64,000 bases of DNA from NCBI GenBank assembly GCA_030141605.1, contig JAQGDQ010000427.1:124001-188000 (forward strand). The letters run 5' to 3'. Positions 52,393 through 64,000 of the stretch are shown here, piece after piece; within the stretch, counting starts at the first letter, position 1; each line of letters starts with the position of its first letter. Source of the stretch: Tubiluchus corallicola (Eukaryota; Animalia; Priapulida). The notes beneath the pieces are model-generated. The model was not told where the DNA came from. It made no database searches and saw nothing but the letters and a program-made list of their open reading frames with translations. A program made the position numbers and the translations under genes.

Positions 52393-53420
52393 TGATTTTC
52401 ACTTTTAATGTAAAAGTTTATATAAAATTTTGTTTTTTTAATTTTAAAAGTTAATAAAATATTCGCCTGTAATCTTCTTCAACAGAATTGCAGCTGAAAT
52501 GCTGTTAATGAGAGTAGTAATAAGTTATACAACCAATAATTTCTTTTTCTCATTTTGCATATACGTATATTTCACATTTTTATATTATTTTTTATTAATA
52601 TTTACATTTCATAATGTCACTCACTGTTAAAGTACAAGAGAACTCGTTTCATAAATAAAGCTTTAAACTTCGTCTTGAAATTTTGTATATTGCTTTATTG
52701 CATAAGGTTGTATTAACAGTAACACTGTATAATACTAAGAAATTTAAATTCCTGTCATGACCATTACATGCAGCCATTGTTGTTTGAAAGAAGTTTAGAT
52801 AACATTGTTTAAAAAAAATAATCACGCCATTCGTACTAGCAAAGGTTTAGATTTTGTAATATTATCAATAAGATCAATAATGTGTCCTATGTGTCCAATG
52901 GTGTTGCACACTGGGCAGGCGATACAGTGCCGTTTATCCAACTGGCACAGTGGCACAAACATTTTAAATTGTTAAGAATTTTTTTCGACTACGTACATCC
53001 TTCAAATAAGTAATCGTGATTCAAATAAATATAACTTTGTACTTAAAATACTTAAAAATTTCCATTTCTCCCCCTTTAGCTTTACAAATTATTTAATCCA
53101 TTGAAGAAACAACACGATATCAAATACATTAATTGCAAACGGTGAAACAATCAAAATCAAGTTGAGTTTCATTAACTCTTGAATGTATTGCGAATGCAAA
53201 TACTTACCTCATTCTTGACACAAATGCCACATTTAGACACAAGTTCGCATAAAATTAAATTTAAAACTCGCGCTTACTTGTGCCACCATTGAGTATGGAC
53301 CTTCAGCCGACCCCTGGCGAGAAAATTGCCTGGTCACGTGAGCAACATTGGAGTGACGTACCAGCCAGTGCTATAGTAATTTGTTTATCAATACCAGTAG
53401 CTGCTGTTTGCTGTAGTTTA

Positions 53421-54490
53421 AAGGAATAATTTTTCACATATTTTTCAAGTCTTGACAAAAAGTATGCATTTTAACACGATTAATACTGCAAAACATTTCT
53501 GATAATTAAATGATAAATTTTAAAAAGTTAATAATGGCGGGCGAGCCGGATTATTTATGACATCACAAACTAACATAATTTTCAACAGAAAAAATATTCT
53601 AAGAGCATGTTGCACGTGTTTGCAAAAGCAAAAATTCAAGTGCAGTGCAACTGTAAGACATTCAGCTTGTTGTATTAAAACTAGGCATGTTTTAAGATAA
53701 AAATTCAAATTTACCGCCGTGCACACACTGTTGAACGTGTGTAGTTCGTCAGAAACTAACACATCTAAACTGAGAGGTAGAGCACCTGTTTCCGTGTAAT
53801 GCGTTTCCAAAATACAGGCGCCAATGACCGTCTAATTAGCGATTCGTGAAATGCATGTAACTACAAAGAACTAGTGGCGCGAACGTGAAATTGTGTTTGC
53901 GTGGTAATAATTCTTTCACGTAATAGTGACTTTCGGACTTTCTTCCGATTTTGTCGGCCAACAAAGTCGGCAAAACCCGTCCGGCAATTTTTAAAACATT
54001 TCTGCGTGCGGCAATCTCTGGTTTTATACTGCTTACTTTTTGTATTGCACAAGAATTCGTGCTTTCTATATGAATCTGTTATAGATTCTATTTCCGTAGT
54101 GGACCAGGGCCTGTCGTTGACCATTTTTATACAGCATTGTCTGTCCTTATACGTTATTTGTATTAAAACTAAGTCTATAGAATGTTACGTGAACGCAAGA
54201 AGCGTTACTATAGCTGCTATCCCAAAAGTCGGTAGATTGTTGCATGGAAAGTTGACCAATTCCCGACTGTGATCCGACATCGCCCGACAAGTCGGATATT
54301 AAATTTTCCCTTTTACACGATATCCGACAAAGTCTGTCCGACACCATCCGATTTTGTCGAACGACTTTGTCTGATCGTGTAAACGATTCATCCGTCAATC
54401 CGATTTTGTCGGATCGTTTAAACCGGGTATAAGTCATTTTTGGAAAAGCATGTTTACTTTCAGTATTTTACACAGTAGATTGTTTTGAAA
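53421..54490 (+). mobile_element. Kolobok-like family A copy with nested Harbinger remnant
   Basis: TTAAAGGAA start, colinear with 13726-14754. Confidence 0.75.
53924..54429 (-). mobile_element. PIF/Harbinger remnant with MADF (Myb/SANT-like) ORF start
   Basis: TAA on both sides (53921-53923, 54430-54432). Terminus TACCCGGTTTAAACGATCCGACAAAATCGG with palindromic subterminal repeats. ORF WSTTEIESITDSYRKHEFLCNTKSKQYKTRD. Confidence 0.75.
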
Positions 54491-55374
54491 TCGAAAATTT
54501 TACAGTGTCGAAAATTTAGAGTTTTGTGTTTTGACCATTTCTTCTGGAGTTTTAAAAATATTTGTGATAATGTCGATCTACCAGCATCTCAAAGTTGTAA
54601 TGATTGCAGTAACTGGTTATCGTATTCCAGCTTTAATTAAATTTTGCAGACAATACAGTTACTCAGTAAAGATACTCTAGCTACTTCTAATTAAACTTTC
54701 ATGCTTCTATATTTTAATGAGTATATTATATGTAGTAAATTTATATATACTATTATTATTAAAATTATTGCTTTAATATAATTTTCTAAGTTGAAATGTT
54801 TGTCATGCTTGCATTTGAACGTTAGCAATCAGGGAAATCATAGTTATATTATTATTGACAATGACGCTTTTACACTTGACAATGAGAATGATTCCCTAAG
54901 TATTGTAAGTTAAAACATAATATACATTTTCTCTCGTTTTTTATACATTTTTTGTCCTGGTATAAAATAAGTTTGTGTGAGTACAATATCTATTCATTTT
55001 CTTTTCTTTCTCTCGCTGTTTCCTTTCTCCCTCTTTCTATTTCTCTCTCTCTCTCTCTCTCTCTCTCACTCACTCTCAGTGAATTAAGAAAACGCACTCA
55101 TTAAATAAGCGTAGAATACTAAATTAGGTTTGTGTTTGAGCAAACAAAAAACAGAAGGTGAGAGTCATTTATCTGAAGCAACTAACTGAACTAATTGTAG
55201 TTTAAATATGTATGGAATACAAAATGAAGTTGAAACGGAAGCAGGCAGTATCAGTCACGTATTAATTATTAATTAGATTGGTATGCAGCATCAGTGTCTT
55301 AATTTTCACGAAATTCCCTTAATTTCTCTTTATAACGTCGTAATAAAAAATTAGGGAGAATTAAAAAATATTCC

Positions 55375-55380
55375 CTCCTC

Positions 55381-55437
<57 letters not shown>

Positions 55438-55483
55438 GTCTCTCTCTCTGTGTGTGTGTGTCTCTCTCTCTCTTTCCCTCCTC

Positions 55484-55537
<54 letters not shown>

Positions 55538-55570
55538 TCAATCTCTCTCTCTTCCCTCTCTATCTCCCTC

Positions 55571-55650
<80 letters not shown>

Positions 55651-55675
55651 CCTTCCTCTCTCTCTCTCACTCTCA
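55375..55675. repeat. (CT)n microsatellite
   Basis: Direct reading. Confidence 0.97.
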
Positions 55676-55982
55676 GTGAATTAAGAAAACGCAGTCATTA
55701 AATAAGCCTAGAATATTAAATTAGGTTTCTTGTTTGAGCAATAATAAAACAGAAGGTGTGAGTCATTTAACTGAAGCATGCAACTGAACTAATTATAGGT
55801 TAAATATGTATGGAATACAAAATGAACAAAATAAACGTAGTGTTTTGAGGAAACAGAACAGAAGGTCTGATTCATTTACATGATGCATCTAATTAAATTA
55901 ATTATCAATTAAACTTGCATGAAATAGAAATCAGTTAGTTAAAATCTTGTGTGGAAATTATATTGTATAACGTAACTTGGTC

Positions 55983-57490
55983 AAACAAAGGCTCCACTCA
56001 ATTGGGTTTAAATAATATAACAGCTGCATCTGCTTTGCCCAGGTTAATTACCTAATGTATTACCTGATGTACAATCCAATTTTAATGAACTAACATGGAT
56101 GTGCCGCAGAAGACCTGTTACTTAATTACGATAATAGTGGCGTTGATCAACTCGAGCAAAAGAAAAATCCGTGAATTATTTAATTAATCATGAGCGCGGC
56201 GAAGTTGAAAGACGTACAACAAGTTTCCTTGCAAATCAAGTATGCAACAGGTATGGCAACATCAACGTCTATGCAAGGCAATTTTAACTCGTTTAACTCA
56301 TTTTTAGGTCCTCCAAAATTAACGAATTCTTTAAAAAATTTGTTTTTTGATTGTATATGTCTTTGTAGTCATCGCAGACATTTTAGCATTGTACAATGAA
56401 GTGAATTCTAAGCAGGTTTCAAAGAAAAATTTTAAACTGATGTCCTTTCTATGGAAACGTCAGGAGATTTTTCTCTGAAGTTCTAGTAAAAAGACAATTT
56501 AAAAAACGCTGCAAAATATGACAAGTGGTCAGTGTTTTTCTTTGTCAAAAATTGGTAAAATGTCAACAACTAAAAAAAGCGGTGCTAATATAATCCTGTC
56601 AAAATGACCGTTTCGTTGGTGAATGACTCAATAAATGTTGTTTTCTATTCGCTGTGCATATTTTTTAAAGTTGATAGCTTAACTAGTTTATACGGAGATA
56701 TGGCAGTTTCTAGTTTTACAGCATGGCTTTCTGGTAAATACGATAATGAATTACTGCGTTATTTATTCTTTTGTGTTGATAAGTCGGAAGCCAGTGGAAT
56801 TATTGAAATATCTAGAAGATAACTAGTGAAATTGAGCATATGGCAGTTTTTACTTTAAGCTAATGCACTAATGTTTGACTTTGTTAATTAGTCTTCTGGC
56901 ACTAAATTATTCAAGAAAATGCTACTGGTTTAATTAGTGGAATTAGAAGGGAATTAGCGGAATTAGTAGAAGCTAATTAGTGAATCTGACCATATGATAA
57001 CTGCTACTTTGGACTTATGGCGGTAATGCAATAATGACTTACTACATTAAGTATTCTTCTGTGTCTAAATTATTTAAGAACAGGTTTCTGGTTTTCCAAA
57101 AGATTTGTATATTATGTTTGTTGGCTTATACATATGTCAGAAATTTTGTTCAATTGTAATTTTTTGTAAAAGAAGAAAAAGTGGACACTTGTAGGCTGAA
57201 TTCGTAATCGAAAAAACCTTCTCAACTTTTTTTCTGATTCAAATAAATATAATTAGCTGAAATTAAAGCTGCTTTCCACAATCGTGTTTTATACATGGGA
57301 AAGAAATCAAGAACGTAGATTAAAACAAGCGCATAATTATTACAATTGAGCGCATTATGTAAACAATGAAAAATTAAGATGCTTATATTAGTAATTACAT
57401 TAGTAAAACGAGTAACGCCAGCCTACTAAATTATATCATTATACGTTTTAGTATGCCGTAGTACGTAACGACAAGTGATCTATATATATT
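55983..57490 (-). repeat. Family B, copy 3
   Basis: Direct match to ~44470-46180. Confidence 0.88.
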
Positions 57491-57574
57491 ATACTGAACG
57501 GTTAGAGATTACATAATAACTAACAAAACATTACTCCACGACAAATAAACAAAGTATGTCTTTGGGAAAGCGAA

Positions 57575-57975
57575 AATTGAAGTTCAGTGCTACTGTAAGA
57601 CATTTTGCGTGTTGTAGTAAAACTAGGCATGTTCTAATATAAAAATTTAAATTTCTTGTTTACCGCTGTGCTCGCGCATGAGCTGTCGAACATGTGCAGT
57701 TCATCACAAACTAACAAATCTGAACTGAGAGGTACAGTACCTGCTTTTTGTGCAATGCGTTTCCGAAAAACAGTCGCTATTTCCCGTCTAACTAGCGAAT
57801 TGCGAAATGCATGTAACAGCTAAATACTTGTGGCGCGAACGTGAAATAGTGTTTGTGTGGAAATAATTCTTTCACGTAAATCATTTTTGAAAAAAACTGT
57901 ATGTTTCCTTTCAATATTTTAAAGAGTAGATTGTTTTGACCTACAGTTTAAGATTGGGAATGGTTTTCTTTTGAA
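57575..57975 (+). mobile_element. Family A partial copy (another at ~49685-49892)
   Basis: TAAAACTAGGCATG...TACCGCTGTGCTCGCGC...GGCGCGAACGTGAAA shared. Confidence 0.75.
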
Positions 57976-59324
57976 GGATCGCCAGCTATACTTGTAAGTA
58001 AGGAACAATAACTAAGAATAAAATCTGTAGGTGTAACCCTATTAAATGGTTATACAGGTACATTTTTTACACAAAAACAAACTATATTTAATTAACATTT
58101 ATTTTGACGCAAGTCTAACTGAATCTTAAAAAATTAGGCTAAATATGAGTGACGTCTGCACAATATACATAGGGCTAATGTATGATTATATGCTTTTTAA
58201 ACATTTTACCTTGGAATTAACAAAACATCCAGATGCTTTTCTGGAAAAATTATTTGCTCCTCTGAAAAACTTTCTTTTTTATGAAAGGTATATTAAACAT
58301 GGAAGTCAGGCCTAATATTTTTTCAAACTATATTAACTGAGAAAAACATAAAATGAGAAAAAACATTTCTTCATAAATAGAATAGTAAATAAATAATTAA
58401 TTAATTTCTAATAGTAATAATAATGATGATGATGACAATGATGATGATGCTGATGATGATGATATGATGATGATAATAATAATAATAATAGTAAATAATT
58501 AATACATAAGCATATTAACTTTCATGAGATATGAACATAATAGCTTTATTTTAATTAATAATTAATTTTTCTTATTCTTACTTTAAATAATACTGAAAAA
58601 TATCGCAGCTGCTGTAAATCACCAAAGACAGATGTAGGCCTTGCAGTCTTTGCTTAGTGTACAAACTTGCAACAAAGTTACAAAATTGTGTTAGGATTAA
58701 CATTTTGGTGTAATTGAAAGGCGGCATTCTCGGGAAATTTAAAAAAAGATATTTCAGAGTTTTTATTTCTGTTTAGTGCCTGCCAACCGGCATGGCTTTG
58801 ATGAAGCGATCTCGTCAATTCGACTGCCACACCAGTGCGCGATAGCGTACCTGACAACAATACACAGTAATGGTCTTCCGCTAGGGCGACACTAACTGCG
58901 CGAACTGCTGCGCAATGGCGTACGGACAACACTCTCTAATGCTCTGCCGCTAGGGCGACACTAACTGAGCGAAGTGACAACTTTATGACTTTGTAATACT
59001 TTGGTACAGCCTTTGTCTAATAGTCGTGCCTATGATGAGAAGGTTGCCCATATGTAGGGCGCGGAAAGAATAATGAGTGACAGGAAACGCCTACGAGAGC
59101 AATTTTATCACAAAATTAAGGTTTGTGCTGTAACACCGAAGTATTAAAGAGTCAGGCTGAAAGGGATGCCATTTGCTATTCCGAACTTCGGAGAATGTAG
59201 CTACAGAGCTTATCCATGTGACGTCATTGCGCAAGGAGTTATGGGTAGCACGCCATATTGGACGGTATTAGTAACCACACCGCAGCGTTTGTTAATTATA
59301 GTTTAATATTTTCATAAATTTACG

Positions 59325-59503
59325 ATGGTTATTACTTGTGTTGTTGTTGACTGTACCAACAGTCAGAAGAAAAATGTACAGCTATCATTCTACAGATTTC
59401 CTGCGAACAAGGACAGTCGGTTACTGTGGATTATTGCAAATGAAACGGAACGACTGGATACCGTCAGTGTACAGCAGATTGTGTAGTGCACACTTTGTTT
59501 CAG
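59325..59503 (+). pseudogene. THAP zinc-finger exon of a DNA transposon, one frameshift
   Basis: MVITCVVVDCTN..LSFYRFPANKDSRLLWIIA / MKRNDWIPSVYSRLCSAHFVSG then a GTACGT donor. Upstream TGACGTCA..GCCATATTGG motif near 59205-59265. Confidence 0.85.
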
Positions 59504-60102
59504 GTACGTCAGTAAACTAACTCATCATATCAAAATAATAATCGCTACTGAGTGACTTTGTTGACCTACTAGAATGGTAGTTTTTCTAGAATGGTTCACA
59601 ACTGGGCTGTAAATGCTAGACTCAAATGTAGCAAATGTGTTAATACTTTTAACGCTTAAAAAGAGCCCTGTATTTGTAGGGGCATGTTCCTGTATGTGTT
59701 GTTTATTTAAGTGTGTGATATGTTAATTGTTCTTGTGTTTATATTTGTAAAATAAAGCGTTTATTGTTATTATACTTTAAGGCTTTTATTTTATTCCAGT
59801 TGTTTTAAAGTTACACTGACACCCTGGCAGACACTTGCTGTCAAAATTCACTATTGACTAACCTTGATACAAAAAGTGGCTTTATTTCTTTATAAACTTG
59901 GCGTGTTTCGCTTTGGTTAGCATTGAAACAATTTTAGTTTAGTGCCGTACAGACATCTAACGAAAAACGAAAAATCGAGGAAGAAAGCGGAAGTCACGTG
60001 CCATAAGGAACAACTGTAAGGAACGCCGTAAGGAATTAATAGATAAATCATTACTCAGCAATAACAGCTCTGTTCATAGTGCTCTGCTTGCTGCGGCCGC
60101 CA

Positions 60103-61137
60103 GTTGTCTACTGTACTACCTCTCAGTAAACTCTACCTGACGTGACGTCACAGCATTGAGTGTCATGGCAGACAGGTTGTCTACTGTACTAGCTCTCAGT
60201 AAGCGCTACCTGACGTGACATCATAGCAGTGAGTGTCATGGCAGGCAGGTTGTCTACTGTACTACCTCTCAGTAAGCTCTACCTGACGTGACGTCATAGC
60301 ATTGAGTGTCATGGCAGGCAGGTTGTCTACTGTACTAGCTCTCAGTATGCGCTACCTGACGTGACGTCATAGCATTGAGTGTCATGGCAGGCAGGTTGTC
60401 TGCTGTACTACCTCTCAGTAAGCTCTACCTGACGTGACGTCATAGCATTGAGTGTCATGGCAGGCAGGTTGTCTACTGTGCTACCTCTTAGCAAGCTCTA
60501 CCTGACGTGACGTCATAGCATTGAGTGTCATGGCAGACAGGTTGTCTACTGTACTACCTCTCAGTAAGCTCTACCTGACGTGACGTCATAGCATTGAGTG
60601 TCATGGCAGGCAGGTTGTCTACTGTACTAGCTCTCAGTATGCGCTACCTGACGTGACGTCATAGCATTGAGTGTCATGGCAGGCAGGTTGTCTGCTGTAC
60701 TACCTCTCAGTAAGCTCTACCTGACGTGACGTCATAGCATTGAGTGTCATGGCAGGCAGGTTGTCTACTGTGCTACCTCTTAGCAAGCTCTACCTGACGT
60801 GACGTCATAGCATTGAGTGTCATGGCAGACAGGTTGTCTACTGTACTACCTCTCAGTAAGCTCTACCTGACGTGACGTCATAGCATTGAGTGTCATGGCA
60901 GGCAGGTTGTCTACTGTACTAGCTCTCAGTATGCGCTACCTGACGTGACGTCATAGCATTGAGTGTCATGGCAGGCAGGTTGTCTGCTGTACTACCTCTC
61001 AGTAAGCTCTACCTGACGTGACGTCATAGCATTGAGTGTCATGGCAGGCAGGTTGTCTGCTGTACTACCTCTTAGCAAGCTCTACCTGACGTGACATCAT
61101 AGCATTTAGTGTCATGGCAGGCATGTTGTCTTCTGTA
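60103..61137. repeat. 73-bp satellite, about 14.2 copies, with 292-bp higher-order repeat
   Basis: Units start at 60103, 60176, 60249 and so on to 61125. Variant order A-B-C-D occurs three times. Confidence 0.97.
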
Positions 61138-62716
61138 TGTGACGATGTAGTCTAAGTTTCGTTATTGCAAATAGTTGGTTCGTGACTTAAGTGTAAAGAA
61201 TAAAACACTTCGAAAACACTGAATTAATAAAATAATATTTATAATTTAATGAATATCTCAAATTACATTGCAAGACAAATTGTAATAATAAAGATTAAGC
61301 TGGCTAAGAAAAGAAAGAACAACGTAACGTTTTTCACCAGTCCTGTCTTAGCATCATCAAGCGACTTTTCTCCTGCTCCCATTCCGCGTCATCTCCTCAC
61401 CAGGGGCTTCATCGAGAAATGGTGCACCATAGAACGGTTAACTACACTACCTCTTCATGGATCTGATTACGTGGACGACGTCTCCAAACTTTGACGACTC
61501 CTGATGTACACGCCTCCACTTATATGACGCCAATATAGGGTAGCCTTCAAGCTCCTGCATTCGTCACAAGGTAAGGATCAATTTCGTAATCACCGCATGG
61601 AAGCACAAAGGACAGTATCAACAACGTCAGGTAAATACGGGTAAGTATCATCAGCAGTAGATATCATCGATAACTGGTAAGTACAATCCTTAATACGTTA
61701 TGTGTCATCAGCGTCAGGAAAATGTAAGCAACAGGCAAGTATCATCGTTAGAATGCAACTATCGTCTCTGTCGTAACCATGTAGACAGATCGCTTTTCTA
61801 CAAGCAAGCACCGTTACTAATAGACCATCATTTTATGACATGAGAACGTCCGCTTAACTCGACAACTTGAAGCGGAATACCTGGGCGAACTGAACAGCCA
61901 AAATTTCGTCTACGTGGCTTCAATCACATGATATACTAGTAATGCATAAACAGTATCATTAAATGTACAGGTGAAATCTGATTTCAGAACAACTTGGCTT
62001 CTAGCCTTATATCATTAAACAGTTTAACTAAACTTCTTTTATAAAAATTGACAATAATTAATGGTAGAATTATAACAGTAGGAACTAGTTACATTACCTG
62101 GCCTAAAATAAGCCTGAGCGCCACATAGCATCCTCCGTTACAAAAGCTTGATCCATCAATTTTTTTTTACTAAAATGTGATATCAAGACTTTCAACACAA
62201 TAGGTCAGGGCAATAAACTAGTTACACAAAAAATCATGATACATATTCATCATAATAATAGAACAAAAATAACTAATGTCAATGACAAAAATTGCAATAC
62301 TCAATCACAGTCTTCATCAACAAATCTTTGTGAATTCCTTCCCTCATGAAATAATTACATATCAGGTAATACAGTATTTGTTTACTCTTAAGCTTACAAC
62401 GCAAGGTTCAAATCCTGGTTTCAAAATAAATGAATAAAGTAAAAATAAAACACTGTATTGTTTTGAACAAAGGAGAAACACTTTTACTAGTAACCTGCCT
62501 AACAAGATTAAAATAATACAATACAACACATTACGGCCCATGTTTTCTATTATCACTCCTATGTGGCATTGCGAATACATTAAACTAATTTCGCAACAAA
62601 ATTTTATTATTTGTAATTCATTTCTAATGAATTGGCTTCACATAATGTAAAAGAAAATATTTCAAACTGGTCAGAAATGATCTTTAATCACCTAACTTGG
62701 GCTTTAGTGGTTGGAA

Positions 62717-63185
62717 TTACCCACTCATAGGCGTGAGAGAATCTGCTACAATATTATCTTTTCCAGCAATATTCTCTACAGTAAAGTGGAATTCTTGCAA
62801 AATAAGCGAACATGTACAAAGACGGCGATTATTTCTCTTCATGCGTGGGAGTTCTAGCAAACTACGTTGGTCAGTTCGTACTATGAACTCATGACCTTTT
62901 AAGTAGTAACGTAACTTAGATGCAGAATACACTACTGCCAACAACTCAATTTCCACAACACTATAATTTCGCTCACACGTAGTCAACTTTCTGCTTACAT
63001 GTGTAATTGGCACCTCACCTAACTCACTCTGTACTTGTGTCAGCGCTCCGCCAATACCACTAAATGAAGCATCAGTTGTTAGAACGAATTTCTGCGAAAA
63101 ATCAGGTGAGTGAAGCACCGTATCTGAGTTTAGTGCAGTGCGCAGTTCTATAAAGCTGCGTTCACACTCTTCATTCCAGTCAACA
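62717..63185 (-). pseudogene. Ty3/Gypsy RT connection and RNase H fragment
   Basis: WNEECERSF..LHSPDFSQKFVLTTDAS..ERNYSVVEIELLAVV..RTDQRSL..GKDNIVADSL. Confidence 0.92.
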
Positions 63186-63189
63186 TGTA

Positions 63190-63988
63190 TGTGATATATG
63201 TGGTGTACCACCTGTGATGTAGGACGCTTTCGTTACGACACCACAAACACTTTTTTGCTACTAATTTCCGATATGTGCTGACGCGTGGGTTCAGTGAATC
63301 TTTCCATTTAAGCATAGTTCACAGACATGTATTCCAAATAGAACCAAATAAAACAGTTTTTAATATTACCGATAAATTCTGTGTTTAATGAGATAATAAG
63401 AAGTAAAAACAATTTACTTTAAACCAAAACAACAACAAACTTGTTATAATTACAAACAACGTTTCTAGACAATCTACGATAATCAGAAGACTAGTTAGCC
63501 CCAACCCAGGTGAAGGAGAAGGATGTGAGGTAAGTATACTTATCAGTTGTAGTCGGAAGTGCAGTCGGAAGCTGCCGGTTTCCAACGCTTGACGATCTCC
63601 ATCACTCTGGCAGCTTGGAATAACGTGACTAACCGGTTATGCGACCTTCGTCGAATCTTGAGCTGTTACTCTTCCAAACCTCAGCAGGGGGTGGAATCTT
63701 ACGTGGTAACTTCTACAACGCTTGTCAGGTGTACCGAAGTCGTAATTGGTTACTTCACCAATCCTAGTGGAGTGCAGTGGAGTCCTGACCCGTGGAGTTC
63801 GCGGAACTACCATTGGTACTCCGTCTGGTCATAACCTGGTTGTTTCTGCACCGGATCTCCTGTACTTCCGTTTACAGCAGTACGTCTAATAAGGAATAAA
63901 AGCCAGTTTATTGGTGTTTCCGCCTCACGGCTCGAACACCTAAACCTTTGGTGTGTCTGTGCCCTTTAAATCACTTTCTGTCGCCACA
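63190..63988 (-). repeat. Probable LTR (~800 bp)
   Basis: TGTG...CACA termini. Its 3' end matches the PBS-adjacent fragment at 1126-1255. No clear TSD. Confidence 0.55.
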
Positions 63989-64000
63989 GTAATTAAGTCT

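Noticed and set aside
60103-61137. CRISPR array
   Set aside because: Whole units repeat with no unique spacers, no cas genes are present and the context is eukaryotic.
61330-62142. Another LTR ending in CCGTTACA at 62142
   Set aside because: Composition is LTR-like, but I found no matching left terminus, TSD or second copy.

Overview
AT-rich, repeat-dense animal (probably invertebrate) DNA. I can support no intact host protein-coding gene. The window is nested, mostly decayed transposons. LTR elements: two opposed BEL/Pao pol remnants, one full-length but mutated Ty3/Gypsy (LTRs, PBS, PPT and 5-bp TSD all visible), a Gypsy RNase H fragment and a solo LTR. LINE fragments: ORF1, L2/CR1-type and Rex/Babar. 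DNA-transposon remnants: Kolobok-type with THAP exons, hAT, Harbinger/MADF and a PHD tail. There are also local duplications and micro/minisatellites. Most notable: (1) a 5S-rRNA-headed SINE with an RTE-derived body and 12-bp TSD (4466-5007); (2) dispersed, degenerate Penelope-type minimal hammerhead-like motifs, including an inverted cluster; (3) a 73-bp CRE-containing satellite with a 4-mer higher-order repeat; (4) a hAT derivative with a 5-bp TSD; (5) a ~62-bp tandem repeat with a CTCF-like core at two loci. All calls were made by eye with no database search, and coordinates without a TSD or terminus are approximate.
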